This document shows positions 1 to 10,050 of a stretch of 64,000 nt of DNA, piece by piece. Positions within the stretch are counted from its first letter, which is position 1; the number at the start of each line of letters is the position of its first letter. Under the pieces are notes generated by a model. It was not told the origin of the DNA. It ran no database searches and saw only the letters and a list, made by a program, of their open reading frames with translations. A program made the translations under genes and the position numbers. Source of the DNA: Candidatus Hydrogenedentota bacterium (GTDB taxonomy: Bacteria > Hydrogenedentota > Hydrogenedentia > Hydrogenedentales > SLHB01); contig CAVUWV010000001.1 of the NCBI GenBank assembly GCA_963745075.1, positions 320,001-384,000 on the forward strand, written 5' to 3'.

Positions 1-1
1 C

Positions 2-205
2 GCGATTCCCACGAAGCGGTTCAAAGTGGCCGAATGTCTACCCGCGTATTTTATGGGTACCGCCGACGTCATACGCGTCGAGCCGCGTGATGACTCCACG
101 ATTCGTGCCGCGATCCGGTTCGGCGATTCCTTCACCCAGAACATGGATTTCTCGGTGTTTATCCGTGAGCTGTACGCCGTGCGGCATACCCTCGCCGTCG
201 ACTGA
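2..205 (+). CDS. 3' end of a hypothetical protein running in from the window edge
   Basis: Open frame AIPTKRFKVAECLPAYFMG...YAVRHTLAVD* ends at TGA 203-205 and is followed by a terminator-like hairpin. Confidence 0.6.
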   Translation, partial: AIPTKRFKVAECLPAYFMGTADVIRVEPRDDSTIRAAIRFGDSFTQNMDFSVFIRELYAVRHTLAVD

Positions 206-228
206 CGAGAAGCCCTAGCAAACCTTGG

Positions 229-267
229 ACCGCGTATCGAAGTATCTTCGATGCGTGGTTTTCTTTT
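229..267 (+). terminator. Intrinsic terminator
   Basis: cgcgtatcgaag-tat-cttcgatgcgtg stem followed by gttttctttt. Confidence 0.7.
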
Positions 268-581
268 GTGCCGGCGCGCTTACACCCTGCCACAACACTC
301 TCGAATACGATTACGAGTCGTCATGAAAGGCCTTTCACCGAGAAATGATGTAAATAGGACCTTCTTCTCCAACGGCCCGTGCGCGGATGGAAACAAAGTA
401 GGATGAATGATTCCCGTCCTACAAGATCGTCTCGACTCGCTGCATTCGACTCCCGGGCACCGGATTCGGCATAATCCTGCCTTATTTGCGCAGCACTCGA
501 TTTGCGCGTGGTGCATTTCCCCCTTGCGCCGCGGTCTCATCACCGCTGCATCTCCCTCGAAGCCAACACAGGAGGAATCCC

Positions 582-1925
582 GTGGAAGGAAGACTGAATC
601 ACGACCAACGAATCTGGCGCTGGAAGATCCTGTTCTCCACCTACATCGCGTACGGCGGATACTACCTCACACGCAAAGTCTTCACCATCTGCAAGACATC
701 CATTGCGGGCGATTTCGGCTGGCAATTGGAAAGCACCGCCCACATCTGGGCGGCGTTCCTCCTCGCGTACATGATTGGCCAGTTCATCAACAGCTTTATC
801 GGGCGCAAGTGGGGCCCGCGCGTGCTGCTGCTGGGGGGGCTGGGGATATCCATCTGTATTAACGTCGTTTTCGGTTTCGCCAATTCGTTCGCCACCTTCC
901 TGGTCTTCATGTTCTTTAACGGACTCGTTCAGGCCAGTGGGTGGCCCGGGGTCGTGGGAGGTATCTCCCATTGGCTGCGCAACAAAGAGCGCGGAACGAT
1001 CATGGGGTTCTGGTCGACGAACTACGTCGTCGGGAACATGGTCGTGAAATCGGCCGGCGCCATGCTGCTCGCGGCCTACGGCTGGCGCTACGCCTTCTGG
1101 GGAATGACACTTCTTACCGTCGGCGTATGGCTGGTCATATACTTCTGGCAAAGAAACAAGCCGGAAGACGTTGGCCTGGACCCGATCGTGGAAAAACGCG
1201 AGGAAGACGGCCGCGCCGTGCGCGCCTCGGAAGAAGAGCACATCAGCACCGCGCACTACTTCCAATTGGCGTTTCACCCGGTGGTCTTGACCATGGGGGT
1301 TAGTTATTTCTGCATCAAGTTTCTGCGGTATGCCTTGGACTCCTGGCTGCCCGCATTTCTGAACATTCAAGGACTCGACGTGGGCCGCGCCGGCTTGTAT
1401 TCGTCAATCTTCGACTGGACCGGCCTTGGCGGCGCTATCGTCGCCGGCTGGGCGCTGGATCGCATCTTTCGCGGCAACTGGGCGATGCTCTGTTTCACCA
1501 TGAGTCTCGGGATGATCTTTGGGTACATGGCCGTCATCTATGTCGGGTCTAACCCGGTGTTGATCGCCCTCTGCTTCGGGATTGTCGGGTTCATGATTTA
1601 CGGGCCTGACACCATCCTTTGTGGGGCGGCATCGGTGACCGTGGCCGGCGAGGCGAACGGCGTCGCGGTCGCGGGACTGGTCAACGGGATAGCCAGCTTT
1701 GGTCCCGTGATCCAGGAGGAAGTCATTGGATGGCTGGTCAGCGGCGATCAGATGGCGGGCATTCGCAACACCAACCGCCTGGCCCTCGGAATGAGCGTTG
1801 CCTTTTCGCTATTGATGATCGTAATGATGTGGCGGCTGCATATCACGCACAAAGGCCATCGCGAGCGTGACGAGTTGGCCCAACTCAAGTCCGAAGTCGC
1901 GGAGGCAAATGAGGGTGAGCAGTAA
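582..1925 (+). CDS. MFS transporter, organophosphate:Pi antiporter (GlpT/UhpC) family; probable 2-aminoethylphosphonate transporter (AepP-like)
   Basis: GTG start after GGAGG; Yxx[27 protein letters not shown] and MIYGPD motifs of the OPA family; overlaps the phnW start. Confidence 0.85.
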   Translation: MEGRLNHDQRIWRWKILFSTYIAYGGYYLTRKVFTICKTSIAGDFGWQLESTAHIWAAFLLAYMIGQFINSFIGRKWGPRVLLLGGLGISICINVVFGFANSFATFLVFMFFNGLVQASGWPGVVGGISHWLRNKERGTIMGFWSTNYVVGNMVVKSAGAMLLAAYGWRYAFWGMTLLTVGVWLVIYFWQRNKPEDVGLDPIVEKREEDGRAVRASEEEHISTAHYFQLAFHPVVLTMGVSYFCIKFLRYALDSWLPAFLNIQGLDVGRAGLYSSIFDWTGLGGAIVAGWALDRIFRGNWAMLCFTMSLGMIFGYMAVIYVGSNPVLIALCFGIVGFMIYGPDTILCGAASVTVAGEANGVAVAGLVNGIASFGPVIQEEVIGWLVSGDQMAGIRNTNRLALGMSVAFSLLMIVMMWRLHITHKGHRERDELAQLKSEVAEANEGEQ

Positions 1926-3065
1926 CATCCCCAATTGGAAAGACAAGATCCTCTTCACCCCCGGCCCATTGACCACCAGCCGGACGGTGAAACAGGCCAT
2001 GCTGCGCGACCTGGGTTCGCGGGACTTCGCGTTTATCGAATTGGTCAAAGATATCGCGACGCCGGTTGGTCGCGTTAGGCGAATGTACGGACGGGACCTA
2101 CGAAGCGGTCCTGATGCAGGGAAGCGGCACGTTCTCAATCGAGGCGGTGTTGTCCTCCGCAGTCGCGCCGGACGGGAAAGTCCTGGTCATCGTCAACGGC
2201 GCGTACGGGAAGCGCATGATCCAGATGCTCAAGACCTTGAAGATCGACCACGCCGTGCTGGAATGTTCCGAAGACGAGACGCCCGATGTGCGATGCGGTC
2301 GATAAGGCGTTGAAAAACGATCCCTCCATTTCGTTTGTCGCCGTGGTGCATTGCGAGACCACGACGGGCATCATCAATCCCATCCGCGAAATCGGGGGAC
2401 TCGCGCAACGCCGCCGGTGCCACCTATTTCGTCGATGCCATGAGCAGTTTCGGCGCCGTCCCGCTCAACGTTGCCGAGTCAATATCGACTACCTGGTTTC
2501 GTCCGCGAACAAGTGCATCGAAGGGGTCCCCGGATTCGGGTTCGTGCTCGCGCGGCGGGAAACGCTGCGCGCAACCGAGGGGTTCGCACGCAGTCTCAGC
2601 CTGGACCTTCTGTCCCAATGGCGCGGACTGGAAGGCAACGGCCAGTTCCGGTTCACGCCGCCGACCCACGCGCTGCTGGCCTTCCATCAGGCCCTTCTCG
2701 AGTTGGAGGCGGAGGGTGGAGTCGCTGGCCGCGCGGACCGCTACCGCACCAACTACGATGCGCTGCTCCACGGCATGCGCGAAATGGGCTTCGACGAATA
2801 CCTGGCGCCAGAGCGCCAAGGATACATCATCACCTCGTTCCGCTACCCGTCGCATTCGAATTTCACCTTCGACGAATTCTACGCGCGGCTCAATGACAAG
2901 GGCTACGTGATCTATCCCGGCAAAGTCAGCAACGCCGATTGCTTCCGCATCGGAAACATCGGAAGAATCTTCGAACAGGACGTCCGCGATTTGCTCCGGG
3001 CAATTCGCGAGACGTTGTCAGAAATGGGTATCGAACTGCAAGCGCAATACACGAGTGTGCACTGA
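1915..3065 (+). CDS. phnW: 2-aminoethylphosphonate-pyruvate transaminase, interrupted by about 4 frameshifts (~2058, ~2290, ~2405, ~2478)
   Basis: [49 protein letters not shown] (PLP lysine), RFTPPTH and IYPGK...FRIGNIG are spread over three frames; next to phnX. Confidence 0.9.
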
Positions 3066-3101
3066 CGCCGTGTTATCGGAATAAACTGGAGTAGCTGCTT
3101 C

Positions 3102-3932
3102 ATGAGTTTTACCTTTGGCCGTTCCTACCGTGGACCCGTCAAAGCCGCCGTATTCGACTGGGCCGGCACCACCGTCGACTACGGGTGCTGCGCACCAGCC
3201 GCCGTGTTTATCGACGTTTTCTCCAAGCGCGGCATCTCCGTTACCCAGGGACAGGCCCGCGAACCCATGGGGATGCACAAGCGCGACCACATCCGCGTCA
3301 TGTCGGAAATGGAGCCGATCGCGCAGCAGTGGGAGGAGGCACATGGCCACCGTCCCACCGAGGAAGACGTCGAGTCCATGTTCACGGAATTCGTGCCCAT
3401 GCAGGTCGCCTGCATCGCCGACCACGCGGATATCATCCCCGGCACCCTCGAAACCATGGCCGAATTTCGCACGCAAGGGCTGGGTATCGGCAGTACCACC
3501 GGCTACAACAACGAGATGATGGACATCCTCGTCCCGAAAGCCGCCGAAGGAGGCTACAAGCCCGACGTGATCGTGTGCGTTACCGATGTTCCCGCCGGTC
3601 GTCCCGCCCCGTGGATGGCCCTGGAGGCGGCGAAGCAACTCGGCGTCTATCCGATGGAATCCGTGGTGAAAGTGGGGGACACCATCGCCGACATCGAAGA
3701 GGGTCTCAACGCCGGCATGTGGACGGTCGCTGTCGTCGAGCACGGGAACGAGGTCGGCTTGTCGGAATCGGACCTGGCCCTGCTCTCCCATGACGACCGC
3801 ATGGCCAAGTTCGCAAAGGCGCGCCAGCGCTTGCAGAAAGCCTGCGCCCACTACGTCGTGGATACCATTGCCGAAGTGCCGTCCGTGGTCAAGGCGATCA
3901 ACGAACGATTGGCGCGCGGCGAACAACCCTGA
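3102..3932 (+). CDS. phnX: Phosphonoacetaldehyde hydrolase (phosphonatase)
   Basis: FDWAGTTVDYG, PMGMHKRDHI, GRPAPWM and VKVGDT...EGLNAGMW HAD motifs. Confidence 0.95.
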   Translation: MSFTFGRSYRGPVKAAVFDWAGTTVDYGCCAPAAVFIDVFSKRGISVTQGQAREPMGMHKRDHIRVMSEMEPIAQQWEEAHGHRPTEEDVESMFTEFVPMQVACIADHADIIPGTLETMAEFRTQGLGIGSTTGYNNEMMDILVPKAAEGGYKPDVIVCVTDVPAGRPAPWMALEAAKQLGVYPMESVVKVGDTIADIEEGLNAGMWTVAVVEHGNEVGLSESDLALLSHDDRMAKFAKARQRLQKACAHYVVDTIAEVPSVVKAINERLARGEQP

Positions 3933-3963
3933 CCCGAAGCTATAGCCCTCGTTCCCCACATGC

Positions 3964-4110
3964 ATCGTACTCGTGCTCGTAATCGTACTCGTGCTCGTAC
4001 TCGTACTCGTAATCGTACTCGTAATCGTAATCGACCCCAATTCCGCCTCGCCCCACGAAACCTCACCAGCAAATCTCCCTGTAGTCCGTGAGCGTCCGTG
4101 TCCGTCCGTG
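3964..4110 (+). repeat. Hexamer simple-sequence repeat (atcgta/ctcgta/ctcgtg) followed by gtccgtg repeats
   Basis: atcgtactcgtgctcgtaatcgtactcgtgctcg...; gtccgtgagcgtccgtgtccgtccgtg. Confidence 0.85.
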
Positions 4111-4213
4111 TCATTTTCCGGTTCTTCTCTCCTGGAACAGTCTGACCTCCGCACGTGTTCATTCCCTATGAGCGGGTTATCGGCCGCCACGACCGAATTC
4201 CTGGAGGTACATC

Positions 4214-4564
4214 ATGTCCATTGTCCTCAAACGCGCGTACGATCCCCCAGCGAAAAACGACGGCACGCGCGTGCTCGTGGACCGGCTCTGGCCCCGCGGC
4301 GTGTCGAAAGAAGACGCGAGAATCGACCGGTGGCTGAAGGAAATCGCGCCAAGCAATGAATTGCGCAAATGGTTCGGGCATGACCCCGGCCGCTGGAAAG
4401 AATTCAAGACGCGGTACCGGAAGGAACTTGACGACCGGTCCCAGCAAGTCGAGGAGTTGCGAGCATTGGTGAAAAAAGGCCGGGTGACGCTGGTCTATTC
4501 CGCCAAGGATACGGAACGTAACAACGCGGTAGTATTGCGAGAGTATCTGGAAGAGCGGCGCTAA
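4214..4564 (+). CDS. DUF488 (YeaO-like) protein
   Basis: KRAYDP...[15 protein letters not shown]...[19 protein letters not shown]...NNAVVL; GGAGG RBS. Confidence 0.9.
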   Translation: MSIVLKRAYDPPAKNDGTRVLVDRLWPRGVSKEDARIDRWLKEIAPSNELRKWFGHDPGRWKEFKTRYRKELDDRSQQVEELRALVKKGRVTLVYSAKDTERNNAVVLREYLEERR

Positions 4565-4607
4565 CCGCGTCTGTTAAATCGCGTGACGCCCACTCTTGAA
4601 ATACGCG

Positions 4608-5156
4608 CTAACCGCCCTCCACTTCCGTATCCATATACGCGCGCGACCCCGTCGTTTCCCGTTGTCCCTGGTACTTGCCCTTATACGGAGTTTCCACAGG
4701 TCCGTCGGACAACGCGATCACGAGTTGGCAGATGCGCCTTCCCGCTTCGATACGCATGGGAGCATGGTTCGCGTTGAAGAGTTCGAGCGTAATCGCCCCT
4801 TCAAACCCCGGATCGACCCACCCCGCATTCTGAATGAACAAGCCGAGACGCCCAATCGAACTACGGCCCTCCACAAACGCCGTCAAATAATCCGGCAGCG
4901 TGATCACCTCGCGGGTTGTTGCCAGCACGAAGCCATGCGCGGGGATCACAAAGGACGTGTCTTCCACCCGCTCGTACTCGATGGGTGACGACATGGAGTA
5001 CATCCCGTCCGTTGTGCGGGGCGTGAGAAAACTGGTCCCCAAACGAAGATCGACCGAAGCCGGTCCGATTTGGATCGGCTCCAGTGGCTCGATGCCCAAA
5101 TCGCCGCTCTTCAGCAATTCCTTGATTCTGCGGTCCGGAAGGATCACCCCGTGCAT
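4608..5156 (-). CDS. dcd: dCTP deaminase
   Basis: PASVDLRLG, EGRSSIGRLGL, AGWVDPGFEGAITLEL and Y.GKYQGQ motifs. Confidence 0.93.
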   Translation of the reverse strand: MHGVILPDRRIKELLKSGDLGIEPLEPIQIGPASVDLRLGTSFLTPRTTDGMYSMSSPIEYERVEDTSFVIPAHGFVLATTREVITLPDYLTAFVEGRSSIGRLGLFIQNAGWVDPGFEGAITLELFNANHAPMRIEAGRRICQLVIALSDGPVETPYKGKYQGQRETTGSRAYMDTEVEGG

Positions 5157-5257
5157 TCCTTGATGGTATTTGCCGCGCCCGCAGGCGTAGCATCCCGGGT
5201 GGCGCTATTCTACAAATGCAGGCCTACGAAGGCAAGAATCTTGGACTCTCAGCCCGT

Positions 5258-5716
5258 TTAGCGATCGGGGAAAATCTGTGCGATCACCTCGGATCGGTAC
5301 TCGAAAATGCGTTCCAGATCGCGCCGGACGTAGAGGCCATGGGCGACGCGTCCCAATGGGCCGAAGGGCAACGCGTAACGGACCTCGTCGCCGATGACCG
5401 TACCTCCGTCGTCTTCCCGGAAGGTGTGGGTGTGATGCCAGAACCGATACGGTCCCTTAAGCTGCTCGTCCACGAAGCGGCGGGGCGGCTCGTACGCCGT
5501 AATCAGCGTGCGCCAGTGAAGAGAGATCCCCAAGACCTTTAAGGTGTAATCGATTAGCCGGCCTTCTTTCATGGCGATGGGGGAGGGGGTCAGAATTCGG
5601 AACCCCAGCGACGGCGGCGTGATTCGTTGGAGATTCTCCGGTTTCGCGAAGAACACGAACACCTCTTCCGAGGAATACGGTACGTGCTGTTCCCGCACAA
5701 GCGAGTAGACCTTCAT
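5258..5716 (-). CDS. SRPBCC (START-like) family protein
   Basis: FF..PENLQRITPP, FVDEQLKGPYRFWHHTHTF, IFEYR. Confidence 0.85.
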   Translation of the reverse strand: MKVYSLVREQHVPYSSEEVFVFFAKPENLQRITPPSLGFRILTPSPIAMKEGRLIDYTLKVLGISLHWRTLITAYEPPRRFVDEQLKGPYRFWHHTHTFREDDGGTVIGDEVRYALPFGPLGRVAHGLYVRRDLERIFEYRSEVIAQIFPDR

Positions 5717-6363
5717 TGGCTATCCGAATCGCCGCGTGACTGCGCGGCTGGCTCGCCGGCGAGTGGCGAATTTGGCAACGATCGCTTCTCGACGGGATGC
5801 ACGGCGCGATCGACTGCGAGGCAAACCGCTTCAATCGACTTCGGGTCCGCGCCACCCGCGTACCGAAATGAGACGATCCCCTCGGTGTCCACGACAAATA
5901 CATTCGCTCGTCCTGCAGTGCATGCGAAATTGGATGTGACGGTCCCGTCCCAGTCCAGCATGATTGGGCGTTTCGCATTTCGTTTGAAGAAGAAGCGTAC
6001 CACCCCACGCATAAGAGACGGCACCGCGCTCAGGTCCGCTACGCCATCGATGTCGATACGGTTCTGGTAACGATCGTACAACGGAAGCACCCATCCCTCG
6101 ACCTGTTCCGATCCGGCCTTATCGGCGAAGAGCAGCACGCTCACTCTCGCCTTTGGAAACGTATAGTTGTGAGCGTCTCCGAACTGGTCCTCCAGCGCGA
6201 AGGGTTCTACACGCACGGGCGCCGGATGGTCGGCGCGAATCTCCAGGCGAAGCTCCGGCGCGGCGAACTCCTCGGCCAGGCCGGCCTCGTGAGAATCTGC
6301 GCCTGAGAAAACGTAGGCGCAAAGCGAAGCGAGGGCGAGTGACAAAATTCTTTCGTGCGACAT
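5713..6363 (-). CDS. Exported thioredoxin-fold hypothetical protein without CxxC
   Basis: Signal peptide; FALEDQFG, IMLDWDG and NVFVVDTEG redoxin-like elements; stop overlaps the next start. Confidence 0.55.
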   Translation of the reverse strand: MSHERILSLALASLCAYVFSGADSHEAGLAEEFAAPELRLEIRADHPAPVRVEPFALEDQFGDAHNYTFPKARVSVLLFADKAGSEQVEGWVLPLYDRYQNRIDIDGVADLSAVPSLMRGVVRFFFKRNAKRPIMLDWDGTVTSNFACTAGRANVFVVDTEGIVSFRYAGGADPKSIEAVCLAVDRAVHPVEKRSLPNSPLAGEPAAQSRGDSDSQ

Positions 6364-6385
6364 TGGCGTTCCGACGCGGGCGGAA

Positions 6386-6556
6386 TCAGAGGCCCGCAAT
6401 CAGCGACAACAGGTCGGTGATGAAGTAGAAGAACCGGTAAAACTCGTCGCGAAAGTATGCGCCCAGTTCAAAGAGATAGCTCAAGGTTATATTGCTGAAA
6501 AAGCCGCTTGATGCCTGTCGCGGAAGCCGGTTCGCAGGAATGGTGGTTCGCCGCAT
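6386..6556 (-). CDS. Small hypothetical protein (56 aa)
   Basis: ATG preceded by AGGAG; sits co-oriented between hemB and the next gene. Confidence 0.4.
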   Translation of the reverse strand: MRRTTIPANRLPRQASSGFFSNITLSYLFELGAYFRDEFYRFFYFITDLLSLIAGL

Positions 6557-6594
6557 AGTCTCAAGTCTCCTCGCGATTGTGGGCAGGGTCGCAC

Positions 6595-7584
6595 TTATTC
6601 GCTGAGCCACCCCGCCGCGTCCTTTGCCCAATACGTCAGGATTATCGATGCGCCCGCCCGCCGTATCGCGGTCAGGACTTCCAGCGCGGCGCGCTTCTCT
6701 TCGAGCCAACCGGCCGCGGCCGCCGCTTTAACCATCGAAAACTCGCCCGACACGTGATACGCCGCGACCGGCACGTCGAAACTTTCCGCCGCCATCTTGA
6801 TGATATCCAGATAGGCCAACGCGGGCTTCACCATGACGATATCCGCGCCCTCCTCGATGTCCAGCGCAATCTCCCGTTCGGCTTCCCGCGCGTTCGGCGG
6901 GTCCATTTGATAGGTCGTGCGATCGCCGAATTGAGGCGGGGATTCCGCAGCATCGCGAAACGGACCATAGAACGCCGACGCATACTTGGCGCTGTACGCC
7001 ATGATGGGGATATCCTCGAATCCACACTCATCCAGTCCGTCGCGAATGGCCGCCACACGCCCGTCCATCATATCCGACGGGGCCACCATGTCCGCCCCCG
7101 CACGGGCATGCGCCACGGCTTCCTTCACGAGCAACGGCAGCGTCGCGTCGTTATTCACGTCCTCGGCGCCGTCCGGCCGCGTGTGGACGATCCCGCAGTG
7201 GCCGTGATCGGTGTATTCGCACAAGCATACATCGGTGATGACGCAGACGTCCGGGCACGCTTTCTTGATGCCCTCGATTGCCTGACAGACAATCGCATCA
7301 TCGCTGTAGGCTTGCGTGCCGGTGGCGTCCTTGGATTCCGGAATACCAAACAAGATCACCGCCGGGACTCCGGCCTGTTCGATGTCCTTGACCTCTTCGA
7401 CCAGCGTATCCACCGAGAACTGATAGTTTCCCGGCATCGACTTAATCTCGTGTTTCACGCCGGACCCGGGCCGAACGAACAGCGGCATGATCAGGTTATT
7501 CGCCGACACGGTGGTTTCGCGTACCATACGGCGAAGCGGGGCCGTCCGCCGAAGGCGTCGCATGCGCACAATCGGATACGTCAC
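6595..7584 (-). CDS. hemB: Porphobilinogen synthase
   Basis: RMRRLR, DVCLCEYTDHGHCG, APSDMMDGR, SAKYASAFYGPFRDA, MVKPAL. Confidence 0.97.
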   Translation of the reverse strand: MTYPIVRMRRLRRTAPLRRMVRETTVSANNLIMPLFVRPGSGVKHEIKSMPGNYQFSVDTLVEEVKDIEQAGVPAVILFGIPESKDATGTQAYSDDAIVCQAIEGIKKACPDVCVITDVCLCEYTDHGHCGIVHTRPDGAEDVNNDATLPLLVKEAVAHARAGADMVAPSDMMDGRVAAIRDGLDECGFEDIPIMAYSAKYASAFYGPFRDAAESPPQFGDRTTYQMDPPNAREAEREIALDIEEGADIVMVKPALAYLDIIKMAAESFDVPVAAYHVSGEFSMVKAAAAAGWLEEKRAALEVLTAIRRAGASIILTYWAKDAAGWLSE

Positions 7585-7618
7585 AATCTGCTCCTTACTT
7601 GAATGCCTCGCCGATAGT

Positions 7619-9133
7619 TTACCGGCGCCGCATACCTTCTACAATGGCGTCGACAAAGCTGGGAATGTCGTGGGTGGCCGGTTCAATCGTCACGGGCATG
7701 GCAAGGCTGTTTGCAGTTTCGGCGGTAATGGGGCCGATCGCGCCAAAGGTCGCCGTCCCTTTCAATTGTTCCACCCGCGCGGGACCCAGAATCTCGTGGA
7801 AGTTCCGGGCGGTCGAGGAACTGGTAAAGGTGACCAATGCGGGCCGATAGGCCATCAACCGTTCCGACAGAGTCTCCGAGGTCCGTGGAACGACCGTACG
7901 ATAGGCCACCAATTCCGTCACTTCCGCGCCACGTTTCCGCAGTTCGTTCGGAAGAAAGCTCCGCGCGATGTCCGCGCGCGGCAGGAGAAACCGTTTGCCC
8001 TCCAAGTCCGGCTCGTGTTCGTGTAACGCCGCCATCAGCTCTTCGGCCACGTACTTCTCCGGCATTAGATCCACGCGCAGGAAACGCTTCTTGACCGCCT
8101 CCGCGGTCGCCGATCCAATCACGCACAGCCGAACGCCCGCCAAATCCCGTGCATCCTGTCCCAGTTCGTCGAGACGCTCGAACAGCATCTCGACGCCATT
8201 CACACTGGTCAACACGATCCAGTCGTAGTTTCCCACGTAGTCGAAGGACTCCACCTGCGTCGGCGGCTCAATGGCGATGGTGGGGAATTCAAATATGTCG
8301 GCGCCGAGTTCCTGCAACTGACGCACGAGGTCGCTGGCTTGCGCACGCGCCCGCGTTACCACGATGCGCCGTCCAAACAACGGCCGGCTCTCAAACCACG
8401 CCAATGAGTCGTGCAACGAAACAACGTTTCCGACCACGATCACCGCGGGTGGCTGTAATCCCTCTTCGGACGCTTTGGCTGCAATATCTTCTAACGTTCC
8501 ACGGACGGTCCGTTGTTTGGGATCGGTTCCCCATTGGATGACCGCAGCCGGCGTGTTTGACGGGCGACCGAGCGCGACGAGTTGCTGTACGATCCGGGAA
8601 AGATTGCGGACGCCCATATAGAACACGAGCGTTCCCTGCACGAGAATATCCGTCAGGCTTTCATCGTCCGATTCCAGGATTTCCGCGTCATGCCCGGTGA
8701 TCAGCGTGTAGGACGTTGAGAGGCCGCGATGCGTCACCGGTATGCCGGCGTAGGCAGGCGCCGCGATCCCCGCCGTAATTCCCGGCACGATTTCAAAGGA
8801 AATCCCCGCCTCGGCCAGCGCCAGCGCTTCTTCACCGCCCCGGCCGAAAACAAAGGGGTCGCCGCCCTTGAGTCGCACAACCCGCATGCCCTGCGCAGCC
8901 TGCTCCCGCATGACCCGGTTGATCTCATCCTGCAACAGCGTGTGGCGGTCCGTCGCCTTGCCCGCGAAGATGTGTTCGGCGTTCGGCGCGTGTTCGAGGA
9001 GAGCCTCATTGGCCAGCGAATCGTAGATCACCACGTCCGCGTGTTCGAGACACTCGCGTCCCCGCACCGTCAGCAGGCCCGGATCGCCGGGGCCTGCGCC
9101 TACCAGCCATACCTTGCCGTGCCGTGCATTCAT
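7619..9133 (-). CDS. cobA/hemD: Fused uroporphyrinogen-III C-methyltransferase / uroporphyrinogen-III synthase
   Basis: VWLVGAGPGDPGLLT and RLKGGDPFVFGRGGEE, then HemD part (VVTRARAQA, LTSVNGV, FTSSST, IGPITA); ATGA overlap with hemC. Confidence 0.93.
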   Translation of the reverse strand: MNARHGKVWLVGAGPGDPGLLTVRGRECLEHADVVIYDSLANEALLEHAPNAEHIFAGKATDRHTLLQDEINRVMREQAAQGMRVVRLKGGDPFVFGRGGEEALALAEAGISFEIVPGITAGIAAPAYAGIPVTHRGLSTSYTLITGHDAEILESDDESLTDILVQGTLVFYMGVRNLSRIVQQLVALGRPSNTPAAVIQWGTDPKQRTVRGTLEDIAAKASEEGLQPPAVIVVGNVVSLHDSLAWFESRPLFGRRIVVTRARAQASDLVRQLQELGADIFEFPTIAIEPPTQVESFDYVGNYDWIVLTSVNGVEMLFERLDELGQDARDLAGVRLCVIGSATAEAVKKRFLRVDLMPEKYVAEELMAALHEHEPDLEGKRFLLPRADIARSFLPNELRKRGAEVTELVAYRTVVPRTSETLSERLMAYRPALVTFTSSSTARNFHEILGPARVEQLKGTATFGAIGPITAETANSLAMPVTIEPATHDIPSFVDAIVEGMRRR

Positions 9134-10050
9134 CGCGTTGCCGCAATCAGTTCCGAAGCGCCTTGTTCGAGGAGACGATTTGCCGCGGCACGCCCTAGCT
9201 CTTCCGCATCCGCCGCCTGTCCGTCGCACTCCGCGCGCAGGGCGGTCGTGCCGTCCAAGCTGCACACGCATGCCGTGAGGTGAAGTTTGGTTCCGGTCAA
9301 CCGCGCGAGCGCCCCGATCGGCACCTGGCATCCGCCCTCCAACGCCGCCAGACAGGACCGCTCAGCCGTCGTTTCGATCGTCGCCGTCGGGTCCGCGACC
9401 GATTCGAGGATCGTACGGGTGTCGTCATCGTCGCTCCGGATCTCGATGCCCAATGCGCCCTGTGCCGGTGCGGGCACCATGATATCTTCGGTGAGACGCG
9501 AGCGAATCGCATCGAAAAGCCCCAGACGTTCCAGCCCAGCGCAAGCGAGAATGGCGGCATCGACAACACCTTCCTGGACCTTGCGCAGGCGCGTCTCCAC
9601 GTTACCGCGCAGATCTTTGACCTGCAAGTCCGGTCTGCGCGCCAGCACCTGGGCCTGCCGCCGCAAGCTCGACGTGCCTACCTTGGCGCCCGCCGGCATG
9701 TCGTCGAGATCGTTCCACTTCGCGCACACAAAAGCATCGTAGGGAATCTCGCGCGCGGGTACCGCCGCCAGCATCAAGCCATCCGGAAACTCGGTGGGCA
9801 AATCCTTGAGACTGTGCACGGCGAGGTCCACCTGCTTCTCGATCAACGCAACTTCGAGTTCCTTCGTGAAAAGCCCCTTGCCGCCAATCTTGGCCAGCGG
9901 CACGTCGAGAATCTTGTCGCCCTTCGTGTGAATGATTTCGACGTCGATGGTTAACCCGGGGTTCGCATCCCGGAGCGCGTCCGCTATCGCGTGCGACTGC
10001 ACCAAGGCCAATTGACTGCCACGGGAACCGATGATCAAGCTGGACTTCAC
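9130..10050 (-). CDS. hemC: Hydroxymethylbilane synthase
   Basis: IGSRGSQLAL, GKGLFTKELE, AVHSLKDLP, GTSSLRR, LEGGCQVP. Confidence 0.97.
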   Translation of the reverse strand: MKSSLIIGSRGSQLALVQSHAIADALRDANPGLTIDVEIIHTKGDKILDVPLAKIGGKGLFTKELEVALIEKQVDLAVHSLKDLPTEFPDGLMLAAVPAREIPYDAFVCAKWNDLDDMPAGAKVGTSSLRRQAQVLARRPDLQVKDLRGNVETRLRKVQEGVVDAAILACAGLERLGLFDAIRSRLTEDIMVPAPAQGALGIEIRSDDDDTRTILESVADPTATIETTAERSCLAALEGGCQVPIGALARLTGTKLHLTACVCSLDGTTALRAECDGQAADAEELGRAAANRLLEQGASELIAATR

